Source: Ginglymostoma cirratum (taxonomy: Eukaryota). Taken from it: a DNA stretch of 64,000 bases. The DNA is taken from positions 40,654,565 through 40,718,564 of the forward strand of contig JAHRHZ010000222.1 of NCBI GenBank assembly GCA_024137785.1, read 5' to 3'. A model generated the notes under the pieces. The model was not told the DNA's origin and did no database searches. It worked only from the letters and a program-made list of their open reading frames with translations. Of the stretch, positions 36,882 through 48,691 are shown in pieces. Positions within the stretch are counted from its first letter, which is position 1. Each line of letters opens with the position of its first letter. Position numbers and translations under genes: made by a program.

Positions 36882-38454
36882 ATCAAGAATTCAGACAGTT
36901 TTATCACACTGAATGTGGTGTGGGCCTCAGTCTATATGTTGTGTGGACTTGTAAGTAAATTTATCAATCTTAAATACATAGATTAACTCTGACTGTCAAT
37001 CAACAATTCAGATTCAAAGCCCGAATCATGAAGGCTAGTGTAGCCAATTGTCACATTGTGATCACATCAACTTTCTTGTCATATGGCACTGAGCTGAGTG
37101 ATCCAATAACTAGCATCATCTGAAATAAACTTTATCTGTCCTTAAAACTCAGGGAGCTTTCATGTAGAAATATGCCCGCAAAGCCCATTCTGTCAATTGT
37201 TTTTTGCATCTGTGGAATCCTGCTACTTGTTAAACTGGTTTGCTCTCTCTGTTTTTCCTGGTTCTGATGGGTCAATTATGAAATGTGCCACTGTCCTGAA
37301 TGGAGCAGCAGTGACCTTCGTGATGCTTTTGTGCATTCGCTGCCTGACTAATATGACAAAAGTCACCTGATGCAGCCAGGCAGTTGCAACGAAATTCAAG
37401 GTTGTGCTGACTTTGACTGGTATGATCCACATTGCTTTTCCTGTATGAGCGGTCAGCAGTTGTTCAGCCAGCATTTGAAATTTTTTCTCTGTAGTCTTGC
37501 AAGGAAAGCGGAGTCTTCAGAGGCACTAACGGTCAGCAAAGGTTAAACCATACTCTCTTTGTCTGTACACATTGATATGTAGAAAATAGATGCATTTTAT
37601 TCTGTCTCCAACCTAACCTCTTCCATATCTTCACCTTCTTCCTTTCTATAACATTACACTAAAGGAAGTCTTACTGGGAAAACCAATGTCCCCAGTTAAA
37701 AGCTGTACTCAGTGCCTGGTAAATCTAATAGTGAAAGCCCTGTCTGATCTTCAAAGAAGTGAACAAATGAATAGACAGACAAAGTGACACCGAGGTACAA
37801 TTTTGCTGCAGAGATCACTTTTGTGTTTGCTATTAACTCATACTTAAAATGAAGAAAGTAATGAAAACAAAACAGTTTTTGTTGTGCTGTGTCTCACAGT
37901 CAGTAGTTCAGTATACATAATATGCATACATACTCATATTACAATCAGTGTATTATAGCCTGTGACTCAAGGATATAAAGGTCTCAGACACCATCTTAAC
38001 TCTGACCACTGGAAGCACTTTCTTCTGATGCAACCAAGTGGCCAATACTAGTTGCCCAAGTATTGATATGCTTATGAATGTAATCATTGTATATAATATA
38101 ATTGGCTTAATAAATGTCTGTTGTATTTTTCAATGCCACATTACTAAGCTGAGTTCCTTATAAGCATTTTTTTTTGTACAGCATAAGCATTGGTATATCG
38201 GGTAAAAATACCTTGCTGGAGGTAAAGCCCACATTAGCTTTTGGAAATTAATTTAGTGGAACACTTAAAGTTACAGTGCCAATTATTACCCAGGCCAGCA
38301 GTTATAGTGGTGGGGCAAGACAGACAGCAAACCATCCTGACCACAGCATCATAAGGCACAGAAAAGTTTAAATAGAAGTAAAATTCTGATATGTGCAGTT
38401 CACAGTTGTAGTTGCGGAGTTATAGTGAAAGGGCTGTATGAATATATAGGACAC

Positions 38455-38865
38455 CTTTCACAACTTTAGGGCATCACATTGCACTTTAAATCCAATGAAA
38501 TACTTTTGAAGTGTCATCACTGTTGTAATATAGGAACCATTGGCAGATAATCTCACACAGCAAACATTCATAAACTGCAATGTGATAATCACCAGTCTCC
38601 TTTAGTAAATTAAATTCAGGGATAGTCACCAGTACACTGGTACACTTCAAAACAGTGTCATGGATCTTTTACATTCCTCTGAAAGGGGAAATGGGGGCCT
38701 CAGCTAAAGATCTTATCTAAAAGACAGCAACTCTAGTTGTTCAGCACTCCCTCAGTACTGCACTGGGAGGAGCAGTGCAGATTCTGTGCGCAAGTCTCAG
38801 GAGTGAAACCTGAACTATCAATTTCTAACACAGAGCTCAGAGTATTACCAATTGAACCAGGGCAG
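38455..38865 (-). mobile_element. Deu-domain SINE (SacSINE1/AmnSINE1-related)
   Basis: CAGCACTCCCTCAGTACTGCACTG, TACTTTTGAAGTGTCATCACTGTTGTAAT and a tRNA-like head; reverse complement of 53960-54390. Confidence 0.65.
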
Positions 38866-39449
38866 ACATTCCAGTTAAAAGTGAATTGATGAAGCTATGT
38901 ATAATGATTACAGACACTGTGTAGATAATGTAGGTGTGGAGAGCTGAAAATAAGACTTGATGATGGATAGGATCTGTACTGCTTCTGGTGCTACTTAGCC
39001 TGCATATTGATCCATTAATTCCTTTGAGATTCAGTCTGGGCTTTTTACTGCTAGTTTCACTGAACTTGAAGTACTGCTTTGAAGCAATTCACAGCTAATA
39101 ATGTTTTTTTCAAAGTCTTGAATATCCCCATTTTTGCATTCTCATCCTTCAGCAATTAATTCAGAAAACGTGTATTTGTAGATTAATGATCAACACATAT
39201 ATGTTAAATTTTATAGTTTAAAATGTTTTCTTTCTACGAGAATCTTGCTAATGAAAAAAGTTATTATATATTGAACTTTCTACCTTCCCTACATAAGTAA
39301 ACATCATCTGGTGACAAAAATGTGTGGTGAAGGGTTAATGGGTGCTGTCAATAAACATTTAGTTTAAAAGATTATCATACTCTGTGGCTAGATAAATTCA
39401 AATAAATTAATTGGTAAATAAAATTAGGCATGTACCCTGCACCCTTATC

Positions 39450-40060
39450 ATCAGATCTATTCGCATCCTTGCCTACCTACTCAGTCTAAATTGGACTGCA
39501 TTCTATTCAATCCAGAAGCTGTGCTTTAAACCATACATTTTGTAAACCACTAAGCCTACTTATTTCTACCTCTCCCCCATCAGCACAGTCTCTGTAAACT
39601 TAAATTAAAAACAAACTTTCATCCATTCTGCAGTCAAATTTTCAAAAGTCCTCCTTACTAGCTCCCTGACCTCCACACTCCCAAGTCCATAACTTCACAC
39701 ATGGCTTTGTGCTCCGCACTAAGCCCCATTCATCTCTCTTCCCATCCTCAATAATCTACAATGGCTTCTCACCTCCTCCTTTCCACCCAATCAATCACAG
39801 TTAAAATGATATCTTTTTCTTCAGATCCTTCCATGGGCTTTGCTCCATTTCACCTTTGCAACCTTCTTAATGGTTTAGTACTTCTCTTGCATCCTCCCCT
39901 ACACTTTGATTCTTCTTTACTTGTGTATCCCATTTGCTCTCCTTGTCCCAGCCTCTGATTTCCTCAACTAATTGTCATGCAGAGCTTAACATCTACCTCT
40001 GTTTGTTGCTTGATGCCCTGTGGGACATTTTCCTTTACTAAAGGCAAGTTTTTCCTAATA
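39450..40060 (+). mobile_element. Decayed L2 LINE 3' end
   Basis: Pyrimidine-rich decayed coding sequence ending in the L2-like tail CCCTGTGGGACATTTTCCTTTACTAAAGGC. Confidence 0.4.
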
Positions 40061-41974
40061 TTCTACATTCCACATTAAAATATAAGGAACATTCTAAGAA
40101 CCTGGAACTTACATTCCTCATTTACAAACACAAAATAGTGAGGTTCTGAATACCTCATCAAGTTTATTTATAAAGTAGCTGAATTTACTGAGTAGGAGGA
40201 TCCCAATGAACTAGTTAGCTAACTTGAATTTAAGCATTTGTATCGATGTTAAAATTAGACTTAAACACCCGAGCTAAGAAAGGGAAAACTGACTGGAATT
40301 GCCCTTCCGGATTGTTATTCAGTAACCCTTGCTGGAAAAAATGGATGTGTAAATAGCCACTGAGGTGTGAGCATAATTTCCTTGATCTCCAGATTTGAAG
40401 ATGATAATCCATCTACATTTACTGCCAAGAGTAACAAAGACACTTGAGAGAGGTACAAGAAAAGGATTTCCATCCATAGAACTGTACCCAAGCAGGAGGT
40501 AATATTTGAGGATAAACGAATTGGCAGTAAAGGGGAAAAAATACAAAGGGTTAAATTTATGGCATTAACTTTGCTCTGGAAGTCTTTGAAGATTGAAATT
40601 TTGTGGACATAATATCAAAGAACATGTGATTAGTTTTGAAAAGCATAGTCTGATCTGAAACATTTTTTATAAATGTGGAGGAAATGATTACATGAAGAAC
40701 AAATCATGTCTTAATGAATATGAGGCAATTAAAATATACCTTTTATTGAGTTAACACTTCCTTGTCTGAATTGCTCACCATCTTCCTATTTGGACTGACA
40801 TTGCTGGACACAATGGTGTGTTTTTCCTGTACTCAAATGTCTGTACACATCAGTGAATATGTTTGAGAGGTTTATACCAAGTGATTTATATTTCTGCTGA
40901 TGCAGATTCATTCTTTGAAAATAATAATTAAGATAAATCTATGGGTCCAGCTATTTCTTAAGAAGAGAATGTGACCGGTTTGCCATCTCGTAAGACATTT
41001 TATTATTTTCTTTTTATTAAAGGTCAACCAACAGTCATTCAGATTATCCAGACAGATCAGAAGTCTATGTAATCTGTCACACAGCGAAGATATGTATCAC
41101 AAATCTCCAAAGATATAATCTTTTGAAATCATATTCTGAATACTGTTTTTGATTAAAATTGTAGCTGGGATAGATGCAGAACTAATATGAAACATGAAAA
41201 AATTGAAAAAGGTAGAATTAATACTTAATAAAAATGGTACGTCTTGATATAATGTATTGTACGAAATATGAGTACCAGGAAATTAAAGTTAAGCAATGTA
41301 CAATTCTTTCTATAATATAACTAATATGAAGGCCTTGTGTATTTCAGATATTTTGTTTTATTTATTGCTTTTATTGTTTCTGAACTGTTCACCATTCGTA
41401 GTTGAAGTAGCTCAATACATTGCACCTTTCCACTTTACTGCAAGAAGTGTTGTTGAAGATCAGGATGATGATTTTATTTGACTGACTGCAGTGTTTAGGG
41501 TGAGATATTTGGTCAGGCTTCATATGTGCAGCTGCATCAATATTTTATTAAGACATTTAGATTCGCTCCTCGAGACGTGACAGATTGCTGTCTGGGTCTG
41601 AATTAGGCATCTTAGATTAAAAGACAAATGTAAAAAAAATGCATTTTAATTCCACATGAATCTGGTTTTTAACTGGTTTACCGTAACAATAGCGCATTGG
41701 AAATTTAAAGGAGTTGTGTGACTCTAAATTTTTTCCATCAATTAAACACTTTATTTCCTATTGATTTGGCACACGTTTCCCAAACCAAACTACATTTTTG
41801 GTTTTAAAGTAGGCAAGGTGCCATATGTTTATGACAAGGAAGTAAATCAACTCACTATTATCAGTAAAGAGAAAGTATGAAATTATATCTTGCTAAGACA
41901 AATTTTAATCTTGAACAATCTTGGACGAGGTATAAATGGCAAATAAAGTCAATTCTTTTTTGCAGATGGCTTAA

Positions 41975-42180
41975 TGTGTCTGCATGGATTTCCTCCGAGT
42001 GCTCCGATTTCCTCCCACAATCCAAAGATATGCAGGTTAGGCAGATTGGCCAAGGTAAATTGCCCATAGTGTTCAGATTAGGTGGGTTATGCGGGATGTG
42101 TCTGGGTGGGATGCTCTGAGTGTCGGTGTGGACTTGTTGGGCCGAAGGGCCTGTTTCCACACTGTAGGGGTTCTATGGTT
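41975..42180 (+). mobile_element. HE1-like V-SINE, 5'-truncated
   Basis: GCTCCGATTTCCTCCCACAATCCAAAGATATGCAGG...GGGCCGAAGGGCCTGTTTCCACACTGTAGGGGTTCTATG. Confidence 0.8.
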
Positions 42181-45100
42181 CAAATGCAAAGTATAAAGAC
42201 CTATTAAAATGACAAATGGTTCTGAAGAACACGACTGAGAAGACCACAACAATAAAGGACTGAACTTTCCCAGCCCCTGAATGACTTGGGCAATAGCAAG
42301 TTAATTGGGAGAATATCACAAGATTTGAAAAATTTTATTCTCGACATCAGAGAAATTAAAGTCTGATTTTTCATGTAGGGTTTGAACGGTGAGACAAAAG
42401 TCTCACTTGTGAGTGTCAGAATGCTCGTTTGCGCGCATTACCATCTTATTCTTTCCAACTGACATCTCATTTACATGCACTTTCCTATTCTCCCACTTAC
42501 CGGAGGAAAACTAGATGGTCATTATCCACAAAATCAAATTTAGAGTGGGTACATGGCAGCTCCAGTTTGTTGCTTCTTTCTCCAGACCTCTACCTTGGCT
42601 AGCGGTCTCCAATATCTCAGACCACATGCACTCTCTGACCATTTCGAGTAGCATTGGACATACACCAATTTCACTGCAATGTCACAATGCATCTCCAACT
42701 CACTTAGAATACAGTTATCTACTTTATATTGCACTTTGTAGCACACCACCTCCATTCAATTCATTGCTATTGCCAGGGCTCTTAGTACAAGCAACCAGCT
42801 TGTGGATTGGAGCAGGGTGACTGTCCAAGCTCTTAGCAAGTTATCAGAGTGCTCAATCACTTTTCACCCACTTAGATGCTCACTGTATCCCTGCCATGCT
42901 TTGCCTTGCCTTTTTGTGCTTTTCCACCTCTTACAAATCTTAAAAGGCTCACTGCACGTCTATGTTGCCTTGCCTTTAGAGCAGATACAAAGCCAGTCAG
43001 CTTCTCAGTTATCAGCAGCAATCAATCAAAGGGGTAGACATGTTGATGCATGACACCCTGCGATATCAGTGTCTCCCCAGCAGCACATGTCAGCAATTTA
43101 CATACCTAACACACTGAGTGTGATTCAACCAAATGGTCATGTCTCAAAATGAAAGTGGAGTATTCTCAAGTCAAATCAGCAGGGGGGCTTAAGTCAAGGG
43201 GTACCAGAGCAGTTAGTAAAGGGCATTTCCCGAGATCGGCCTAGGGCTTGAACCTGGTGTTTCGAGTGCTCGGGGCATTCAGGGTCATGGGGTCCATTTC
43301 ACTACAGTCTACGGATTAGGCCATAGACATCCTTCAGATTCAGTTCAGTCCATGGATTGGCATTGGGTAGAAACACAGAGATCAGCCAAGGCTCTGGACA
43401 CTCATCAGTTGGGGCTGAATTTTAAAGCCTTTCAGAGGTGGGTCACTGTCAGTCAGATGATCCGTTCATGAAAGATCAAAATGGGGTTATCAGAGATCAG
43501 TTCTGTGGCAGGGGTACTGGGGTGGAGGCACTGTGGGGATTGGAGACAGCATTTGTAGATGCACAGGGGACAATAATTGTGAACAGGAAACTCAACATGT
43601 AAAAGTAGGAAATGACTGAGCATGGGAATGGGGGTGGGGTCTTCGATGGTATCCAATGGGGGATTGTTCATAACTATGTTTGGTATGACTAAGCTGTACA
43701 TCTTGAATTAAGTGGTTAATTAAAAGATTTGGGAATGTGGGAGGATAAAAGCTGATGTGGTTGACAAGGAGAGCAAGGCAGGAAGGAATGTGAAGGTTTG
43801 GTAAAGTGGGGTTCACCTAAATTGAGTGACTGAGACTGTGATTTACTCTGTAAACACGCTGCTTTTGTTGCTTTTCATCCTCATCCAAATTGCAAGTGTA
43901 CAATCAAAATGAAAAATGGCTGACCCACACCTGGAATGAGTGGAGCAACATTCTATTTTTCTCTGAGGGATCTGGCTTTTATCTGAGAAGTGAGGTTCTC
44001 CAAGGGGCAATAGTATTAAATAGTCATTCACACAGTACAGGTTAAACTCGTCGGTCATCACATAAAGTGGATAAACCTCATGGATTGACTACCTGTCTCG
44101 ACTAAAACCTCTGACCACAAGCGATCTTGACCATGTCATTATAAAATTGTCCTACTAACAGCTGTGAAGCACAAGTAATTTCGTGTGAGCTGTAATGATT
44201 TACCTTAGTTGTAAAAGTTGCAATCACTTTCCAAGGTTCCATTGCCTGCACATACTTCAGGAGCTGCTCACCTCGTAGCTCAGGAAATAACATGTCCAAT
44301 ATGATTCTATATACAAGCCGTCTTTCTTAGGTAACATAACAGCTGAGGTGTTCCTCTCACACATATTATCTCCAACTGCATGTGTGTCCAAAGGCTTGAG
44401 CAGCTGTAACAGGCCAATATCCATGTAGAGATATCCCATGGTTCTCTCTATCAGAGGCCTCCATGATTCAATGTTTGAATGACAATCTTTAAATGTTATT
44501 TGTGTGTGCTGTAACTGCTGAAATGATCACGTTACTGAGTTGCTCCTTTGTTTCTAATGTTGTCCACATTGGCTCTTTGGAACCATCTCAATGGATCCAG
44601 GCACTTTGTACAAACAGCCTCCATGGGAAGAGATGAGGAGCACATGCATGTGGAATCCCAGGACCAACAGCAACCTCCTGCAGATGTGGAACAGCCTTTG
44701 AAATGCAGAGATTCCAGCCAGAGGCATCCTCATGATGCACTGGAAATGCAGGAAACCCACAGTCACTTGTCTTCCATGAGATGAGGGACTGTGCCGCTAT
44801 TCTGTTTAGAGGTGGAGGTCAGATCACCATGTCGTAATGTCCATTGTATCTGTAATGCAACACCTTCTTCCTCAAAGGCCTTCTTTGTGAACCTTGTCCA
44901 ATGGAAAGAAGTTGTGTGAAGACATGTTTCACTGACTGGAAGTGTTTTGATGCTGCCAAGACTGGAATCCCCCATGTAATCCCAACTGCAAACATAGTTT
45001 AATGTTTTGGTCTTTCTATCTGATTCATGTTGATTAATAAATGTTAGAGTTGCAACTGGATGGAAGCCTTCACAATACATGATGCTCCCTCATTTAATTT

Positions 45101-45269
45101 TGACAAAGTTTCATGGCAGCATGAGTGCTATGGAAAGGATAGCTATCATTCAGGCAGGGTGGAAACATTGTTTGTACCTAGAATGGTATTGAACTCATAT
45201 TTTCTTGAAATCACAAATACCACCTCCTTCCACGTAATCAACATGGCTTGATACCACTGCTGCCTTAGT

Positions 45270-45490
45270 TCAAAGCAGCTGAAATCCTAATCTTTGCTAT
45301 TGCTGCCTCTCGACTAAACCTTTCCAATCTTCTCATAGGTGTCTTCTCATCTTGCAACCTGCAGAGAGTGGAGGTCATCCAAAACTCTACTCCCCACAAC
45401 GGGCCTTACATCAATACAGCTTCACCCATCAACCCCTGAAATTCACTGACCTACACTGATACCTTATCCAGCAATGCCTTGGTTTTGGAA
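45270..45490 (+). mobile_element. L2 ORF2 fragment
   Basis: Translates as AEILIFAIAASRLNLSNLLIGVFSSCNLQRVEVIQN, like L2 AETLIHAFVTSRLDYSN...LQLIQN. Confidence 0.6.
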
Positions 45491-45599
45491 CTCTCATCCC
45501 ACAATGCAGAAGGGGAAAACCTGGCTGAAGTGGTACCTGTGATGTGATTGGAGTTCGGAAGGAATTAGCCTAGTTACCAGAGTGTGTAGAATTCAGAAA

Positions 45600-45880
45600 A
45601 TAACTTATGTTTATATAGCGCCTTTCCTGAATTCAGGATTTCCAACTTATTTTCCACAGCCTAAACATTTTCAAATTACTAACACTGTTATAATGTTGAA
45701 TAACTCAGCATTTTATCTACAAATGGAAAGATCCCATAATCAGCAATGCGACAATGACCAGATAATCTCACTTAATGATGGTGTTTGAAGTATTATTTTT
45801 GGTAAGGGCATCAGGGAGGAGTCCCTGCTTCTCTTGAATCTTGCCATAACTACCGTTGCACCCACCTGAGAGTCTTATCT
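45600..45880 (-). mobile_element. Deu-SINE 3' fragment
   Basis: TTTATATAGCGCCTTT tail; CAGCAATGCGACAATGACCAGATAATC matches the Deu copies at 38.5 and 54.2 kb. Confidence 0.55.
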
Positions 45881-48507
45881 GTAACAAATTGTTGCAATTT
45901 ATTGACTGAGGCTTAAAGCCAAAGACTCAAAGGAGCGAGAATTAATGAGTTGCAGGCCATTTCTTCTTCAGATACAACACCTTTGATGCCTATTTAACAT
46001 GGACTTTCTCCCACTCTCACTGAACATATTTGTTTTTTTCCAGTTTGCAAATAGATTCTGGCACATGACAAACCCCAGCTGAGCATTCGTATCTCATTAT
46101 GACCTATTCTAAAGCCCAAACAATATGGATTTTCTCACCTCGCTGTCTCCCCCATCCTGTTCACCAATAATCTTCAGGTTCTTAATCCCAGTAATGCTTT
46201 CCTGCTGCACTTGAGGGCTAACATTCACTCATCTGTCACATTTACACATTTGAGCAATGGAACGCACGATGGGAAAGTATTGTCCCTGACCCGCTTTACC
46301 TGGGTGCAGGCAGGTGAATTTGCAGCATTTGTTTAGGTCCTTTTCATAGTGCTGATGGCCCTGGGACCCATTCATTTGGACATGCCGCACACATTTCAAG
46401 TTCACCATTGTGGTGGGTTTAGCTCAAACATGGTCATTTCCCTTTGGAGTGAAATACTTGCTTTAACCTGGAATCTATGATAGGCTGATTAACGCAATTG
46501 GCCAGTGAAGGCCCTCACACGTCCACAAATAGAGGAGCAAATTTACTCATGCACCATCTGGGTGTGCTGGCCATCATTTTCATTTGCATTATCCAGTTGA
46601 GAATTGGATAGAGATAGAAGCTTTTGCACATTATTTCTGAGAGTGATCTGCAGGCTTTTCCTGCTTAGCTAGGCGACCCCCAAACGTCGAGATCCCTTCT
46701 GCATTGCAGTTTCACCCTCCCCCAAATCAGGTTTGAGCCTCCCCACATTCCCAACTAATCCTTTTCTTTTTCAACATCCCCATCCTCCCACAAACCCATA
46801 CCCCCGGCCAAGTTCAAAGCCGACTAATTATTAACATCATGCACGGCCCTTCAGTGAAATCAGATTGGTGGTGATCATCAATGACCTCTCCTCCTGATGT
46901 ATACCATGCTCTCCAATGTTGTGTCATCTTTCATTATATCTACAGTTGTCCCCTTTACAACGATTGTTCACTCCATATCCACCATGCTGCCTCTAATCCC
47001 ACACTTGAGTTCCCCAACACAGCTCTGCCTCAATAACCAACCTTGACATATAGTGAACAAACCCACAGAACAGACCAGGACCAACCAACTCAACAGACCT
47101 GGGGTGACAGCCTTGCCTGAGGACAGACCAGCCTCCTGACTGATTTCTGTGTGGCTCCCATTAGTGACTTATTGGTAATTCCTGGATTGGTTGGACTCAA
47201 GCTCAAGTCCCAATCCCTGAAATGTTGGGACAGAGATCCCTGGATCCTGATCACAGCAAACAGCTAGCTGACCATAACCAACCACTTGGACTGAGATTGG
47301 ACGTTGCTCCTGGAACTCCTTACTGATACCTCCCAACTGACTGTAATCCCCCTTAACTGCACTAAGGACAACTACCCTTGGACATTGAGAAACTGTCGTC
47401 TGGTTAAAGCAATTGCATTAGTGTGTAAATTGCTGACACATGCTGTAGGTGTGACATTAAAGTATCATGATCTTCTCCTTGAATGGTTATATCTGCAAAC
47501 GTGACAAGCTTCCTGGGTTTCTTGCTGCGCTAAAAGGCAGGCTTAGATAGAGCCACTGTGAGCCTGTATGTTCTTAATGAATCAGCAATATGCTAAAAGG
47601 CAAGACAAAGGACAGATGTGGTGAGCATGCAAATTAGTGCAATTTCAGTGAAAACTAAGAAAGCAACCAAAGAGCCTTGAGAAGCATCCTGTCCCAGTGC
47701 AGGAAGTAGGCGTATGTCCCTCCACACAAAGTGGCCTGGCAGCAGCCTTGCAATGTAAAGCGTCAGTATGCTCCAATACACGGACTTGAAGTTCTAAATA
47801 GTATTATAAGTTAGACAAAGATATGCCACGATGGTGTTGAGAGACTGGTTCTTCTCCAGATGTTGCTTTCCACAGATGGAACGTTGAGGTGGTTTGCTGC
47901 CCCTGAGGTGTTGTGGCAATGATGGTTAACGTGAAGACCTGGAGAAGGTTCTGGTGAGCTGCAGCTTCCGAGTACCTGCTCTGATGTTCAAATCAGGAAT
48001 TGAGGCAGTTTGGTTCTCACCGGTACCAGGGTGAATCACAATCTGCATATAAACGAGGCGGGATTAGGTAACAATGAGAGGTTAATGCATGCAAATAGGC
48101 CTCTCTCTCTACTTCATTGTAACAACATTCATTAGCTGTTGAAATCTTAAGGGGAAAATTGGACTTCCTTTTAATCAATGGCAAGGGCATCATTTTTTCC
48201 ATTTTTGTTGCATTTGCCCAATGTTCTTGCCAGTGACCACATTGTCCAGAAACTGGGAAAACTCCACTCTTTGTTTTGGATACCAACACAAGTGAAAAAT
48301 CTTCCCTACGCATATTCTACTTAATTCATTCTCAATTTTAACAGCCTTCATTCAATTGTTATTTTTTTCTGGAGAAGATATCTTGGCCTGTTAAATCTTT
48401 CTCAATAGTTGTCAACTGGCAGTTCTAGTACCATCCCCATATATCAAGTTTGCAGCTTTTCTGTTTCCTTGGCATCATCTTTGTAATTTAAAGATCATAG
48501 ATGCACA

Positions 48508-48691
48508 GTCCAAAGATGTGCAGGTTAGATGGATTGTCCATGCTAAATTGCCCGTAGTGTTCAGGGATGTGTAACTTAGGTGATTTATAGGGGGATGGGT
48601 CGGGTGGCATGCTCCAAGGGTTGGTGTGGGCTTGTTGGGCCGAAGGGCCTGTTTCCATACTGTAGGGATTCTATGATCTATGATCTATGAT
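48508..48691 (+). mobile_element. HE1-like V-SINE, 5'-truncated, with (CTATGAT)3 tail
   Basis: V-domain to tail alignment; tandem CTATGAT at 48671-48691; sits inside decayed minus-strand CR1 sequence (about 48130-48960). Confidence 0.8.

Noticed and set aside
42255-47500. GC-richer blocks resembling decayed Harbinger-type elements or genes
   Set aside because: Probably old transposon debris, but too degenerate to assign family or boundaries; the ORFs have no coherent product.
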